Positions 13,006 to 26,470 of a stretch of DNA of 64,000 bases are shown piece by piece. Both the position numbers and the translations under genes were made by a program. This DNA comes from Octopus sinensis (Eukaryota), in assembly GCF_006345805.1 (NCBI RefSeq), contig NC_043018.1, forward strand, positions 29,574,001-29,638,000, in the 5' to 3' direction. A model generated the notes under the pieces. The model had not been told where the DNA came from. It worked only from the letters and a program-made list of their open reading frames with translations, and searched no databases. How positions within the stretch are numbered: position 1 is the first letter of the stretch; the number at the start of each line of letters is the position of its first letter.

Positions 13006-13297
13006 AAAAATCACTTAATGTTCCTTTTTACAATATTCAATGAGAGACAGAAAATATGTTTATAGGTAAATTGAATAAATTGAATAAATAATTCAGAAAT
13101 TAAGCGAGGTGGCAGAATGCATAACGCTATTTCGTCCATCTTTACGTTCTCAGTTGAAATTCCATATTGCCTTTCATTCTCTCGGGGTCGATAAATCAAG
13201 TACCAGTAAGACATTAGGGTCGGTTTAATCGTTTTTTACTCTCCTCGAATTTGCTGGCCTTGAGGCAAATATTAAAACCAATGTATTCGAAATCACG

Positions 13298-13490
13298 GTT
13301 TTTTTTTTTAAAGATGTTCTTTTTACTTTTTTTTAAAAGATGTTTTTTTTTCTTTTTTTTTAAAGATGTTTTTAAAATTTTTTTTTAAATGTTTTTTTTT
13401 TCTTTTTTAACGATGTTTTTTTTCTTTTTTTTTAAAGATATTTTTTTTTCTTTTTTTTAAAAGATTTTTTTTTCTTTTTTTTTTTAAATC
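13298..13490. repeat. T-rich minisatellite, unit approx TTTTTTTCTTTTTTTAAAGATG
   Basis: About eight imperfect copies of T(n)AAAGAT. Confidence 0.8.
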
Positions 13491-14329
13491 TGTATCTCCT
13501 ATTTGTGTTAGTCATTGGACAACGTCCATTATCCGAAGTGCAATGTCATCTGGACGTGAGCAAGCCGAAACAAGCAGTCAAGAGGTGGCAGGGACAAACA
13601 CAAACACACACACGTACACACGCACACACACACGCAAAAACACACACGAACAAATACAACCTGTTTCTCCCTCACCAACATCTTCTACTGCTATACAAAT
13701 ACACATACGCACACATATACATACATATTATGTATATTCATAAATACATACATGCATATACAAATCTTTCTATCTATCAATATATATATATTATATATAT
13801 ATATTATTGGTGAATTGAGGAAATGGAGCTGAGATGGTTGTACCTCCAACCGTGCTGTTTACTGCTGTGATTTTTGCTACTAAGGTATCGGTTAACTTTT
13901 GATTAATCTACAACAAGATTATTCATCTTTCTATTTCACATAAATTATATATATATATATATATATATGACAGGCTTCTTTCAGCTTCTGTCTACCACAT
14001 CCATTTACAACGATTTGATTGGTCCAGATCTAGAGTAGAAGACACTAACCCAAAGTGTCACACAATGGGATTGGATCCAGAACCATGTAGTTGAGCAACA
14101 TTCTTCTTAGCAAGCAACTGCGCAAATATAATGTTTGTTTAATCCAGAGCATGTCAACTGAGATGGACAACCCTAAATCGAAAAAAGTCAATAATCCGTA
14201 AATTCTTTGGAAGTTAAATTCCAGAAAATCGATGTTTTAGCGGTATATCGAAGCATTTATTTTTACTACATTTGGTCAGCTGAAACAAAGGGGACGGAAG
14301 GGAACAAGGATATAGTACATCATTTAGAG

Positions 14330-14570
14330 CAGTGGTTCTCAATAGGAGTCAATATGGCCCCTAGGGGTCCACATAAGATTTTGCTGCAAAAATTTATGTG
14401 CAATATATGCATAAAATATTTAGACAATTTTTTCCATACACTTCATAATAATATTTAATTGTTGAAATATAATGATTTTTTTATACATAGAATGTTAATT
14501 AGGGTTCAGTTGAGGTAGAGAAAATGGTAACAAGAGGGTGGGAATTGGCGAAATTGGTTGGGTATTACTG
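14330..14570 (+). mobile_element. hAT Buster-type MITE with target-site duplication
   Basis: TIR CAGTGGTTCTCAA ... TTGGGTATTACTG. 8-bp flanks ATTTAGAG / ATCTAGAA both have TA at positions 4-5, the Buster TSD signature. Confidence 0.7.
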
Positions 14571-15108
14571 ATCTAGAATGTTCAGCTCCACTCTCACAAA
14601 TCTGAGGGTTGCAGGTACATATTATTCACTTTGATAAAATGCAGGTTCAGCTACAAAAATCTGCAGTTATTGGGGCCCAGTGTCGTCAAAGCTGTCAGGG
14701 GTTTTTTTAATCCTTAGAAACACTTGCATATATAGATGTGTGCGTGTAACTTTACATTGAATGCGTGTATTTATAAGCTCTTAACAAAGTAAATAATATT
14801 GTTTTTCTCTTAGCGTAGCTGAGACGTAGAAGTGATAAAAATGTTCGATTTTCCTTCCTGTTGTGGAGGTGTGTGGCATACTGGTGGCGGTGATGCGCTC
14901 ATGATTGCGAGGTCATTGTTTCGATACCCAAGGGAATGTATGTATTCCTGCGATTATCGAAAGCATTAGAGCATTATTTAGGAAGTTGAAAGTCATGGCC
15001 GATCACAGATTGATGATTGGTTTCGTACCTATAAATCGCTTAGTAATATAGGTGCGAAATCAATGCTTCCTCTATGACCAGGCATAACTTTTAACTTCCT
15101 GAAGAACA

Positions 15109-15184
<76 letters not shown>

Positions 15185-15189
15185 GGAGA

Positions 15190-15378
15190 TTTTACGAAAA
15201 AAACAAAAGACGAAGACAGGTGGTGTACAAAACAAACAGATATATTAGTATAACGCTAAGGAATAGAAAAATACTTTTACGTTTCGAGCGTACGCTCTTC
15301 TATAGAAAGGGACAAAGAAAAAACAAGGAGAGAAATAAGGAGAGAAAAAATGTGTGTAGTGGCTAACGACCTATCATA
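15190..15378 (-). mobile_element. short HHR-bearing element (same family as 57633-57835)
   Basis: Collinear with the 57.7-kb copy; flanked by (CA)n(TA)n. Confidence 0.75.
15274..15309 (-). ncRNA. minimal hammerhead variant (CUGUAGA family, G5>A decayed)
   Basis: CTTT CTATAGA A GAGC GTAC GCTC GAA ACGT A AAAG. Confidence 0.6.
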
Positions 15379-15612
15379 ACACATATATATGTACATATAT
15401 GACAGGCTTCATTCAGTTTCCGTCTACCAAAAACACTCACTAGGCTTTGGTCAGCCAGAGACACTTGCCCAAGGAGCCGCGTAGTGTGACTGAACCGGGA
15501 ACCATATGGTGGGGAAGAAAGATAGATAGACACGATTTCGACGAGCAGAATATTAGGTGGTTAAAAATTCAAAACTTGATGAATGAAATGTAACACAGAG
15601 ACACGCGGACTT

Positions 15613-15653
<41 letters not shown>

Positions 15654-15811
15654 AACAATTAAAGATGTGTAAAGGACGCCGAAAACAGAAAAATGGAGAG
15701 AATAACGATGTTTGGAACAAGAAAAGAAACGATATTTGATTAAAGATTTGGAACATGTCTATCTTTTAATACCTGCTGTAGTTTTATATATGTGTGTATA
15801 CATACATACAT

Positions 15812-15812
15812 A

Positions 15813-15886
<74 letters not shown>

Positions 15887-15898
15887 CCTATCTATCTA

Positions 15899-15935
<37 letters not shown>
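15812..15935. repeat. (TATC)n then (TC)/(TA)n
   Basis: Direct reading. Confidence 0.95.
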
Positions 15936-15939
<4 letters not shown>

Positions 15940-16407
15940 GCGTGTGTGTTTGGGAGTGCGTGTGTGTGCGTTTTATTGGAGTAAAAATTATCAAATAAAC
16001 ACATTCAACTGGCAAGTTTCTTTAGGTCACAGTAACATCGAACGTGACGAATTTATAGATATTAAATCCCTAATTTCACACACCTATTTATGTACATTAA
16101 TATTAGACAGAAATATACAAACATGCACACAATATTGAACATATTCTACACGTAAACTATCAGATAAAGGAAAATAATCAGGATTTATATGGTATTTACT
16201 CCATTATTATTATTTTTTGTTGTTGGAATTTATGAAATTTTTAATTAAATCTCATCATTAATAATCATGAGGCAAACATTATAATGCTGTAGAGATATCG
16301 TACATGCAGTCATACGTGTACATACATGTACACATATACACGCACACGTGCACAGACACACGTATATGTACGTGCGTGTGTGCGCGCGTGTGAATGTATG
16401 TATATTC

Positions 16408-16812
16408 TTTTACTCTTTTACTTGTTTCAGCCATTTGACTGTGGCCATGCAGGAGCACCGCCTTTCGTCGAGCAAATCGACCCCAGGATTTATTTTTTGT
16501 AAGCCTAGTACATATTCTATCGGTCTCTTCTGCCGAACCGCTAAGTTACGGGGACGTAAACACACCAGCATCAGGTGTCAAGCGATGTTGGGGGGACAAA
16601 CACAGACACACAAACATAGACACATATACATATATATACATATATACGACGGGCTTCTTTTCAGCTTCCGTCTACCAAATCCACTCACAAGGCTTTGGTC
16701 GGCCCGAGGCTATAGTGGAAATCACATGTCCAAGGTGCCACACAGTGGGACCGAACCTGAAACCATGTGGTTGGTAAGCAAGCTACTTACCACATAGCCA
16801 CTCCTACGCCTA
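16408..16812 (-). mobile_element. SINE family A, full length
   Basis: Reverse complement of the 8648 consensus. Confidence 0.9.
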
Positions 16813-17262
16813 TGTATACAAGTATACGCATATATATGTTTGTGTATATATATATATATATAAATGTTTGTTCTTATTTTCAAGCATAAAAACAATTTTA
16901 CAATAATCTGATATAAACTGATGGGTTATTCTATAGGTTTGTAGATTACAAACTTATTACTTAAACAGGAATGTTCTTCGCAGTGACTTCGAAGTTGCGT
17001 CCCGCTAACCCATCGTCAGATTGTGATGCATTAGTTACTCCTTCCCCTCTCTATATTCTCTTTTGAGTTGGACATGTGCGATTGATTGGAGTGGCAATTA
17101 AGTTTTTTAGGGTTTGTTGTTATGGAGAGGTGTTTTGGAGAAATTTTTATCGATTATATTTTACGTTATATTACTTTTTATTCATGTATATAGATCTTGT
17201 TAAACAAGTTTATAGGTATGTTATTTACATTTGACGGCTAATTGTTCTCATCTTTGTTGTTA

Positions 17263-17303
17263 ACTCAATATTTCGGCTGATATACACTCCAGCCTTCATC
17301 AGG
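17263..17303 (-). ncRNA. degenerate minimal hammerhead (same family as 45392)
   Basis: C CTGATGA A GGCTG GAGTGTATAT CAGCC GAA ATAT T GAG. The 5' stem I arm is lost at the mariner junction. Confidence 0.6.
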
Positions 17304-17471
17304 CATCACTTCGCAAGAGTTGCAGCTTTTCTTCGAATAGCTGAAAACGCGCCTGGAACGATGCATTGCTTCAAATGGAGAATACTTTGAAGGCGATAAA
17401 AGTGTAAATATTTAAAAATGTATAAAAAATAATATTGTAAAATTCAGGTTTCTTTTGGGTACCCTCTCGTA
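17304..17471 (+). mobile_element. mariner 3' end
   Basis: Reads E*LKTRLERCIASNGEYFEGDK (mariner C-terminus). Ends in TIR GGTTTCTTTTGGGTACCCTCTCG followed by TA. Confidence 0.75.
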
Positions 17472-17954
17472 TTTGTATAGACAAGTGCTTTGTGCTTTGA
17501 TGTTTACAAATGTATTTGGATAAAGTTTTTATGTCTATATGTTTCTCCCTTGATGTTTATTGTTCTATAAACAATTTGTTTCGTATTTAGAGATTTTAAA
17601 CTTCGTGTTTGGTGGAATTGGAATTTGTTTGGTGTATCTTTAAAGAATTTCTTCTTGTACTGTTCTAGATAAATGCTACAGTGGGGCAGATGTTAAAGGT
17701 GTGTACATATTCCTGTAAAAAAATTGGGAAGGAAAATATAATCGAATTAAAAATAAGAAGTGTAAAAATTTCTGTGAACACGGCTCAACGATCTGTCAAA
17801 GATTTTGTTTATACTGCAAAGGTCTCAGTTACCAACCACAAGACTAAGCTACCCAGAATGCACTGGCTTGTGATTACATGACTATGCTCCTGCCTATCAA
17901 CGTAGGTTCAATAAACATACACAAAAAAAAGACCAAGGTTCCTGATCCGAACTA

Positions 17955-18070
17955 AGGACACAAAGAAGTGTATTCTCTACAAGAAAAAAGTAGAGATGGT
18001 CCAAAAAATACTCAACGGAAGAAGCTCAGCTGTTTTCGGCTCCGACTTTGGAGTCAAAGGATCTATAATG
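17955..18070 (+). pseudogene. Tigger/pogo CENP-B-type HTH relic
   Basis: SVFSLQEK/VEMVQKILNGRSSAVFGSDFGVKGS with a frameshift; resembles the pogo N-terminal HTH. Confidence 0.45.
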
Positions 18071-18124
18071 CAATTCGTTCAATTTACTAAGAGCGTGGTA
18101 AATCATTGAGCACTGATTTATATA

Positions 18125-18620
18125 AATAATGGAATTATTGTATACAGTGCTCAGGTGCACAACAACTTGTCAAAAAGTGCGTATAAAGTATATGCAGTGA
18201 TGTACAAATGTCTGGAAAGCGAACAGTGTATGAGTCAGATACATGCTTGTGTGTGTATGGAGGGGGGAAAATCAGGTGTAGTGTTGGTGAATCTCAGGAA
18301 GCATGGAAGTTTTGAAGGATACAGTACTCCGACAGCTAACAACTGATGCCGGCAGTTTGTTCCATACTTCAGCAACTCTTATCGTGAAAAAATGTTTCCG
18401 AAAGTCTTGGGAGCTGCGCTGTTTTCTGACTTGGTAAACATGTCCACGGGATATACGAGAATATTTTCATTGCAATTTTTTGTCGTGATTTTCATGTAGT
18501 TTAAGTCAAGTTCGTTGAAACAAATATACTCTACATTCTATGGAACTTAGCATTTAAATATTCGGTGTGACTTCTCTGGGGACTGTATAACTACCAGCTC
18601 ATTTAGAATTTGTAGTTGTT
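18125..18620 (-). mobile_element. CR1-type LINE 3' end
   Basis: RGHVYQVRKQRSSQDFRKHFFTIRVAEVWNKLPASVV, the canonical CR1 ORF2 C-terminus, followed by a 3' UTR. Confidence 0.8.
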
Positions 18621-19168
18621 GATGCTGTTCATTTTCTTCTTGTCATTTAAGATAGAATATAAATTTGGCCAATGTTATTGTTTACCAAACCATTTTCGAT
18701 TTTCGCTAAAGAACTTTTCATTCATGATCTGTTTGTCAGTAAGTTATTACCTGTCACATGTTGCTGATGCTCTTCTGTGACCTTTAGCTATCAGATTGGC
18801 TGACCTTTATCTTTCAATTTGTCTATGACCACTAACTTTTAGCTTTCTCTGACAAATAGTTATTTCAGCTGTTGTTTACTGCTATAAGTTCCCGTTCGTC
18901 AATCAGTAGATGAAAGTCATTCGAAAAATATCTCGAAATAAAATACATACTCAAGGAACCTCATTAAGAGAAGCATAAATTTCGATGAGAGATACTCCCT
19001 TCCTCCAAACAAAATGTTTAGGCTGTTAGAGCGGGAGATACCCTTTGTTAACAAACTTCAAAGAGATCTAAACTTAATAATCGTCATAAGATTGCTTGAA
19101 GTTGATTGAGACCCATAATGAGACGGGTAGGTGCAGCAGTTTGGACGCTACCTATTTGGCACGGCGGA

Positions 19169-19961
19169 CTTGTTATCGCTTCTACTCTTTTTTTCTATAA
19201 CGGAATTTTTTTTTATTAAATATATCGAAAAGTTTCCATGCATCTAATTGAACGATATTATGGATGAGACACCGAGTGCATGAGTATATGATGAAACATT
19301 ATTTTCTTTTTTTTCACAACAGATATTGAACCTGTTTTCGGGATAGTACTTGGGGGCAACTACACATACCCACGAGCGGGCAAAGCAATATACATACACT
19401 GATAGAAAGTGCAGAGACATAAACCCTTCCCCTCTTCTCACGCATTTAAACAGAAAGAGAGATGGGAAATGAGAGAACAAGAAAAACATCAAACATGAGA
19501 GAAATAATAAAACGACTTATGTCAGCGACGAATGACAGACGCCATAAATGCAGTATCAAAACGGCTGTATCATAAATTCTCATGATATATATCCGGAGTC
19601 GCTTTTTAATTAACGAAAGTAAAGATGTTCTAAGTTTAAAGATCGTTATAAAACTGTTTGAACTTTATGGAAAACCGTGGCATCTATAATTTCGTTACAA
19701 ATCATATTTGGTTCCAGTGCATTTGTGACCATTCTCATTTCCTGAGCTCCGCGAAAGTGATGTAGTTTTGAAGGAAAGCAATTTTATGGAAAGGAAATCA
19801 TTCATTTCCTTGTTATCGCTTCTACTCTTTTTTTCTATAACGGAATTTTTTTTTATTAAATATATCGAAAAGTTTCCATGCATCTAATTGAACGATATTA
19901 TGGATGAGACACCGAGTGCATGAGTATATGATGAAACATTATTTTCTTTTTTTTCACAACA
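19169..19961. repeat. 153-bp direct duplication (19169-19321 / 19809-19961)
   Basis: The two copies read as identical; offset 640 bp. Confidence 0.9.
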
Positions 19962-20554
19962 CATACTTGACAAGTATCACACGTCGCCCAGTCTGATATT
20001 CGAACCCGCGATCCCTCGACCGCGAGTCCGCTGCTCTAACCGCTAGGCCATGTGCCTCCACAAAAGAAAATTTACATTAGCTAAAATAACCCAAGATATA
20101 CTACGTCTGGCAAAATCCTCGAAAAGTCACAAGAGTTGTTGCATATTACTACACATTGTAAAAGTCTGATTTATACTGTATTGGCTTTAAATTTTAGCAC
20201 AAGGCCAGAAAATTCGAGGAGGATGTATATCGATTACACCAACCCCAGTATTCAACACGTACACATTTTGTGAACCCGAAAGCAAGAAAGGCAAATTTGG
20301 CTTCGGCGGGATTCGAAATCAGAACGTAGACGGGCGAAATGCCGCAAAGCATTTTATACGCCGGCAAATATAGTAACACTTGATTTGCTCTAGCGGAAGA
20401 TCTATTTATCTACTCCTGATCCTGGAAAGACATTGGTGTGGACTTAGTATGCCTGTGCCAAGATTAAATGGAAGGGCTCTATATTCATTCTATCATTTTT
20501 TATTTAATTGTTTTGGTCTATTTCCGTTTATTACTCTTCATATTACATTCTCAC

Positions 20555-20900
20555 GGTTGTGTGTTTAAGAAGCTCGTTTTACAACCTCGTGGCTTTAGAA
20601 TCAGTCCCATTGTGCCAGACCATGGGCAATTGTTTTGTACTATAGCTGAGTAGACGATCGATGACCTGTGAGTGATTTTAGATGACGGAAACTATCATCT
20701 TTATGTGTATGCATCATTATATGTGTTTGTGTCTTCATACCTGTGTCTGTCATCGCCCCATATTGCCTGACAACTTCCGTTGGTTTGTTGAAGAACCCGT
20801 GAACCCGTAAATTAGTGGTTCGGCAAAAGAAACCAATACTAGTACCGGACTTTAAAACCACATAAACATTGGGTTCGATGTTTTAGATAAAAAAATGTTC
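20555..20900 (+). mobile_element. SINE family A-related, degenerate
   Basis: Bipartite layout is still recognisable. Confidence 0.6.
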
Positions 20901-21139
20901 ATGACAGTCTCCCAATTTCACCGAACTCCAATGAATAAATCAAGGAAATTATAAAATAGATGGCATGGAAACCACAACTGCCTAAAGCATAGAATAAGAT
21001 ACTTTCCAAACGAAACGTGTAAGACAAATAGGGTGTTATATCGGAAATATCAATCGCTTACAGAATTTTTCTGATAAAATAAACACATTCCAAAACACAC
21101 CCGCATAAACTCGAAATAACATGTCGAAACAATATATTC

Positions 21140-21720
21140 TTTCTAATTTTTGGTACAAGAGCAGTAACTTTGAGCGGAGAAAACAATTGGATTACATCGA
21201 CCCCGAAACGTGACTTGTACTTATTTTATTTTATCGAAACCGAACGAACGTAAAAAAAACGGATGAAATGGTTCTCAACGTTTTGTCCGCCAGCTCGACG
21301 TCATACAAGTAACTGTTTCAAACTTTTAGTACAAGACCAGTAAGTTTAGGAGTGGGGGCGGTTATTTGATTATTTAGACATCATTACTTGACAGGTACTT
21401 TATTTTATCAACTTCCGAAAGGATAAAAGATAAAGTTGACCTCAGCGGAATTTGAACTCAGATCGTAACGCACTATTTTGTCTGACGCGCTAAAGACGTT
21501 TCCAACTCAACAGCATGCATCGAATCAGAATATTCTTTCTTATTTTCACTCAACACCAGCGATCCTGAGGGGGTGAGGCAGTCGATTAGCTCGACCCCGG
21601 GTTTCGACTTTTGTGGTTTGTTTTGCCAGCCGCGAAAGGATGAAACACAAAGTCGATTCGGCTAAATTTGAATTTAGAACGTAAAGAATCAAATCAAAAC
21701 ACTGACGGTAATTAGTTGAA
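21140..21720 (-). mobile_element. three degenerate SINE family B copies
   Basis: ATCGACCCC..ACTGGTACTT..GAAAGGATGAAAG..AAAGTCGA..GAATTTGAACTCAG modules. Confidence 0.7.
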
Positions 21721-22487
21721 CTGCACATCTTACAGAGTTCGACAGCGAAGTGCCATCATAGGATCTCGGCCCCAGCCATATATTTTTTTAAAGTTACATT
21801 TTATTATTCTATCATAAAATGTAATGTTAAAATGTAATTGTAACAAATGACATTTAAAGGAATTGAGACATTCCTAAGACGCAAAAGGAACCAAAGGAAT
21901 TAACATGCGATAACATTGGTCTTCTTAAAGAAAAAGTTATAAAACTGTCAGTGTAAATATAGTGGTGAGTTTATTAGTTAAATTAGACATTTCAGATTAT
22001 TTTATTTTACTAATTACATAACTATTTCTTTTAGGAATAGTTTCAGGTTAAAGAAACAAAAACTTTATACTGAAAGTATTTCTGTTTTTTGGACTAATTA
22101 TACATGGAAGCTTTCGATATTTGTTGCTATGGATATTAATTAAATTACTTAAACGCTACATATATTTTTTTTTATTCCACTCTAATTAATACCTATTACC
22201 TTCCTTAAAACATTTTTCAAACTCCAGTTTAATACAAAGAGAATAATTAAGATGAACTGCTTGATGTAATATGAAGTAATTAGATCGATATGTGTTTAAT
22301 TAAACACAAGAATCGGTTGTTTAGTTGCTTCTCTGTTCAAGATGTTTGTTCTTTTTTTTTGTTTCATTCTATTTATGTCTCTAAAGTCCCTTGAGAAATA
22401 ATACGAATGTCTCTGGCCACTTTCAGGCAATCAAATAAAATAAAACAAAATTATGTTGTCTCTCGACTTGCTAAAGAATAGCAACGA

Positions 22488-22785
22488 AAATAAAATGTGT
22501 CTGTTCCTTCTCAAGCCATGCCTGGCTCATAGGGCCGGTCTCCCGGTTTCCTTGACGTATAGGTTCCCCACCTGGACAGGATGCCGGTCCGTCGCAGGTG
22601 AGCTGCAAGATGCAGGAGGAAAAAGTGAGAGAAAGTTGTGGCGGAAGAGTCAGCAGAAGTTCGCCATTACCTTCTGCCGAAGTCGCGTGGAGCTTAGGTG
22701 TTTTGCTCATAAACACACATATCGCCCAGTCTGATATTCGAACCCGCGATCCCTCGACCGCGAGTCCGCCGCTCTAACCGCTAAA
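22488..22785 (-). mobile_element. SINE family C head with a different 3' tail
   Basis: Tail reads CACCTGCGACGGACCGGCATCCTGTCCAGGTGGGGAACC..GGAAACCGGGAGACCGGCCCTATGAGCC..GGCTTGAGAAGGAAC. Confidence 0.75.
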
Positions 22786-23091
22786 ATAACCCAAGATACA
22801 CTACGTCTGGCAAAATCCTCGAAAAGTCACAAGAGTTGTTGCATATTAGTACACATTGTAAAAGTCTGATTTATACTGTATTTATACTGTATTGGCTTTA
22901 AATTTTGTATATCGATTACACCAACCCCAGTATTCAACACGTACATATTTTGTTGACCCCGAAAGCAAGAAAGGCAAATTTGGCTTCGGCGGGATTCGAA
23001 ATCAGAACGTAAAGACGGGCGAAATGCCAGAAGCATTTTCTCCGTTGAGGTAACAATTCTGCTAGCTCACCGCCTTCAAACGCTGATATAT

Positions 23092-23325
23092 ATTTCTTTA
23101 TTGCCCACAAGGGGCTTAACATAGAGGGGACAAACAAGGACAGACAAACGGATTAAGTCGATAACATCATTCCCAGTGCGTAACTGGTACTTAATTTATC
23201 GACCCCAAAAGGATGAAAGGCACAGTTGACCTCGGCGGAATTTGAACTCAGAACGTAGCAGCAGACGAAAAACCACTAAGCATTTCGCCTGATGTGCTAA
23301 CGTTTCTGCCAGCTCGCCGCCTTTC
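23092..23325 (-). mobile_element. SINE family B, long-tail form
   Basis: Complete head and tail. Confidence 0.9.
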
Positions 23326-23714
23326 AAACGCTGATACATATTGGGGTTGTTGGCCTCTCGATGCTTCGACGAATGAGTCTACAGCAAGACGCTGTTTGTT
23401 GGACAATCTTCGTTTTGTGAACAACCTGCAAGAGGAATATAATTATAGTGAGGAATGATTCACGCAGAGTTAGAGCTATCCCAGTCACTCCTTTGAGAAT
23501 GTACAGATCTTGAGCAACATCTGACATGAGCCTTAGTAATTATCACGAAATTTGCATATTTTCATGGAACAAGTTTGACAACCTTCTTGAACACTTGGAT
23601 GCGTTAATTCGGAATAAATAAAGGGGATAACATTGACTGAACTCTATCAGAATCTTTTCTAACCGATGAACGCAAAATGCACGTATTAATGTATTAATTT
23701 ACACCTCTAATATA

Positions 23715-23798
<84 letters not shown>

Positions 23799-24151
23799 TT
23801 GTATACCGTCAACTAAATGTGACAGTCCCATGAAGGGAATCACACCACTGCTATTTAGCCCTAGGAAGCATCAACGCTTCCTGTCGGCCTTGACACATTT
23901 CCTGTGTCCTTATGTTTACAAGGGGGAGACAAGCACCCCCACCCACCTAACCCTACATACAGAGACTAAAGTATAGATATGAATATAGTGGTACAACAAT
24001 GTATCAATATTTAGTGGAAATAGTAGTCGATGATATACGACGCTATAATAAAGCTTCGCTGTATATACTAGCAAAGATGTAGTTGGAGGCGAACATGAAA
24101 AATTTCACCTTACCTATGGGAAGAACATCAGTTAAATAAATAAATAAATAA

Positions 24152-24188
<37 letters not shown>

Positions 24189-24196
<8 letters not shown>

Positions 24197-25091
24197 CAAC
24201 AATTGAGGGTAAAATTAATTAATTAATCAATTTCACGAAGTATTCAGTATGCAAAGGGACCATTTAAGGCGAATTCAAATTATTACATTATATAAAAGGG
24301 CTTAGTAAAATAAATTACTTTGCCGCATACTGAACTCATTAGAAATAGCAGCCAAAGAAAACTTTTTTAAAACTATTTCTAATACTTAAAGAAAACCTCT
24401 CTCATATAGTGTTGCTCAATTCAACTCACGCAAATATGGGGGTAGAGACATTAAAAAATCAAGTGCAAAGGTTATTTGAGAACGTACGTTTCAAGATTAG
24501 TCAACACGACATTTCTATCATCAGCTCAGAACTCCCTGGTTTGGATTTGAAAACACTGAAAGTGGGAGCATACCCTTTCGGCTTCCTCTCGCTTCAGAAG
24601 ATCTGCTCGTAACTAACAGTGCCAACAAACTCAAAAATGCAAGCGAAGAATTTCTGCTCTCCCCTTTCCACCAGCGTGGGTTAAAATCAGTAAACACTAT
24701 GCTTTTTTCGGTAAAATCCGCGGCATTATATAGAGAGAGATGAATTATAATTTCAACAATTGAGGGTAAAATTAATTAATTAATCAATTTCACCAAGTAT
24801 TCAGTATGCAAAGGGACCATTTAAGGCGAATTCAAATTATTACATTATATAAAAGGGCTTAGTAAAATAAATTACTTTGCCGCATACTGAACTCATTAGA
24901 AATAGCAGCCAAAGAAAACTTTTTTAAAACTATTTCTAATACTTAAAGAAAACCTCTCTCATATAGTGTTTGCTCAATTCAACTCACGATTCTTAAGTAT
25001 TTAAAAAAGTTTTCTTTGGCTGCTATTTCTAATGAGTTCAGTATGCGGCAAAGTAATTTATTTTACTAAGCCCTTTTATATAATGTAATAA
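24189..25091 (-). mobile_element. PLE-type short element: 557-bp unit, partial tandem and terminal inversion, inside (TA)n
   Basis: Unit starts at 24189 and again at 24746; 24993-25091 is the reverse complement of about 24835-24940; same family at 56129-56890. Confidence 0.85.
24477..24528 (-). ncRNA. type I hammerhead ribozyme, palindromic stem III
   Basis: TGAG CTGATGA T-AGA-AAT-GTC GTGTT GAC-TAA-TCT-T GAA ACGTACGT T CTCA; predicted cleavage triplet GUU. Confidence 0.8.
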
Positions 25092-25261
25092 TTATATATA
25101 TATATATGTACACATATACATATACATACATATACATATACATATATATATATATATTATATATATATATACATACAGAGAGAGAAAAAGAGAGAGTGAG
25201 TGATAGATTGTTAGGCATTCAATTACCAATTATGCGTAATCTTACACAACTGAATACATAC

Positions 25262-25292
<31 letters not shown>

Positions 25293-25722
25293 ATTATACA
25301 TATATACATATATATATACATATATATGATTATACATATATATATATATATTATAATCATACTTATATATATATATAATGACACATACACACACACATAT
25401 ATATGTATGTGTGTAGGTATGATTCTATGCATATATGTATGTATGTATATACAATAATTGTACGCGGTGATACTTGTGACAAAGTTTGCAGACACTGGCT
25501 AACGAAATTGATTTAGACATGGACGTGTCGATTTTACCTTTAGGACCGCAACCAGAATTTGACGATCTTGCAATATCTAATTTGGTAGACATATATTAGA
25601 CATAAACGCGCCTACTTGCAGACTCTTATATAATAAGACACATATATAATAGCACACTCATACACATATATAATTATAAATGCAGAAAAGTACGTATGCA
25701 ATCACACACATACATATTGCCT

Positions 25723-25783
<61 letters not shown>

Positions 25784-26139
25784 GATATAAATATATATAT
25801 GCACATATATATATAAATATATATATATATATACACATATATATATAAATATATATATACACACATATATATATGTATGTGTGTAAGAATATATTATTTT
25901 ATATATATTCTTACATATATGTGCGCATATATATCAATATATAATTAGATATAAACAATCTTAGATTCAGATATATTCACACATATACCCACATATATAT
26001 AATGAGATATGTTGGCTATTCTTGTTTATACAAAACTATCCTAAGAATTCAAAATTCGTTCTCTTTATTGCTCTTCTATACATTCATAATGGGGTGTGTA
26101 TGTTCATATGAATACATTTTTACACAGGCTAACATATGC

Positions 26140-26470
26140 ATACTCCCGTCTCCTCTTCACCATCAACATTAAATCCTTATATACAGTGATCCCCAACAAT
26201 GACGGCCTCTTAGCCGCTCAGTACTTCCTCAACCATTGTACCGATTTCACATCTAGCACATCTATTTTTCGCCGCCTTGCAAAACTTAACGCTTAACTGA
26301 ATCACGTCCCCGTCTTAATCTTCCAGCATTTATCTGGCGCTCCCATGGGAACGAGAATGAGCCCCAAATTCGCCAACTTATTTGTCGGTTGCGTCGCGGC
26401 CCAAATCTGAACCGACCCTAGAGCTATACGGTAAGTATATAGAAGATTGTATCAGCTATACACCCCTCCT
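26140..26470 (+). pseudogene. Penelope-like reverse transcriptase fragment
   Basis: LFTINIKSLYTVIPNNDGL..RLAKL..SGAPMGTRMSPKFANLFVG..LELYGKYIEDCI correspond to PLE RT motifs (LYT.IP, G.AMGT...P.YANLF, YIDD). Confidence 0.85.

Larger units (their letters stand above)
19984..23028. repeat. local duplication 19984-20343 / 22722-23028
   Basis: SINE head, unique sequence and SINE-B piece are collinear in both; the right copy has two deletions and an 11-bp tandem gain. Confidence 0.9.

Noticed and set aside
13545-13590. GCCGAAACAAGCAGTC as a hammerhead 3' half
   Set aside because: No intact CUGANGA and no stem I.
16975-17030. Minus-strand CTGACGA...GAAG
   Set aside because: No convincing stems.
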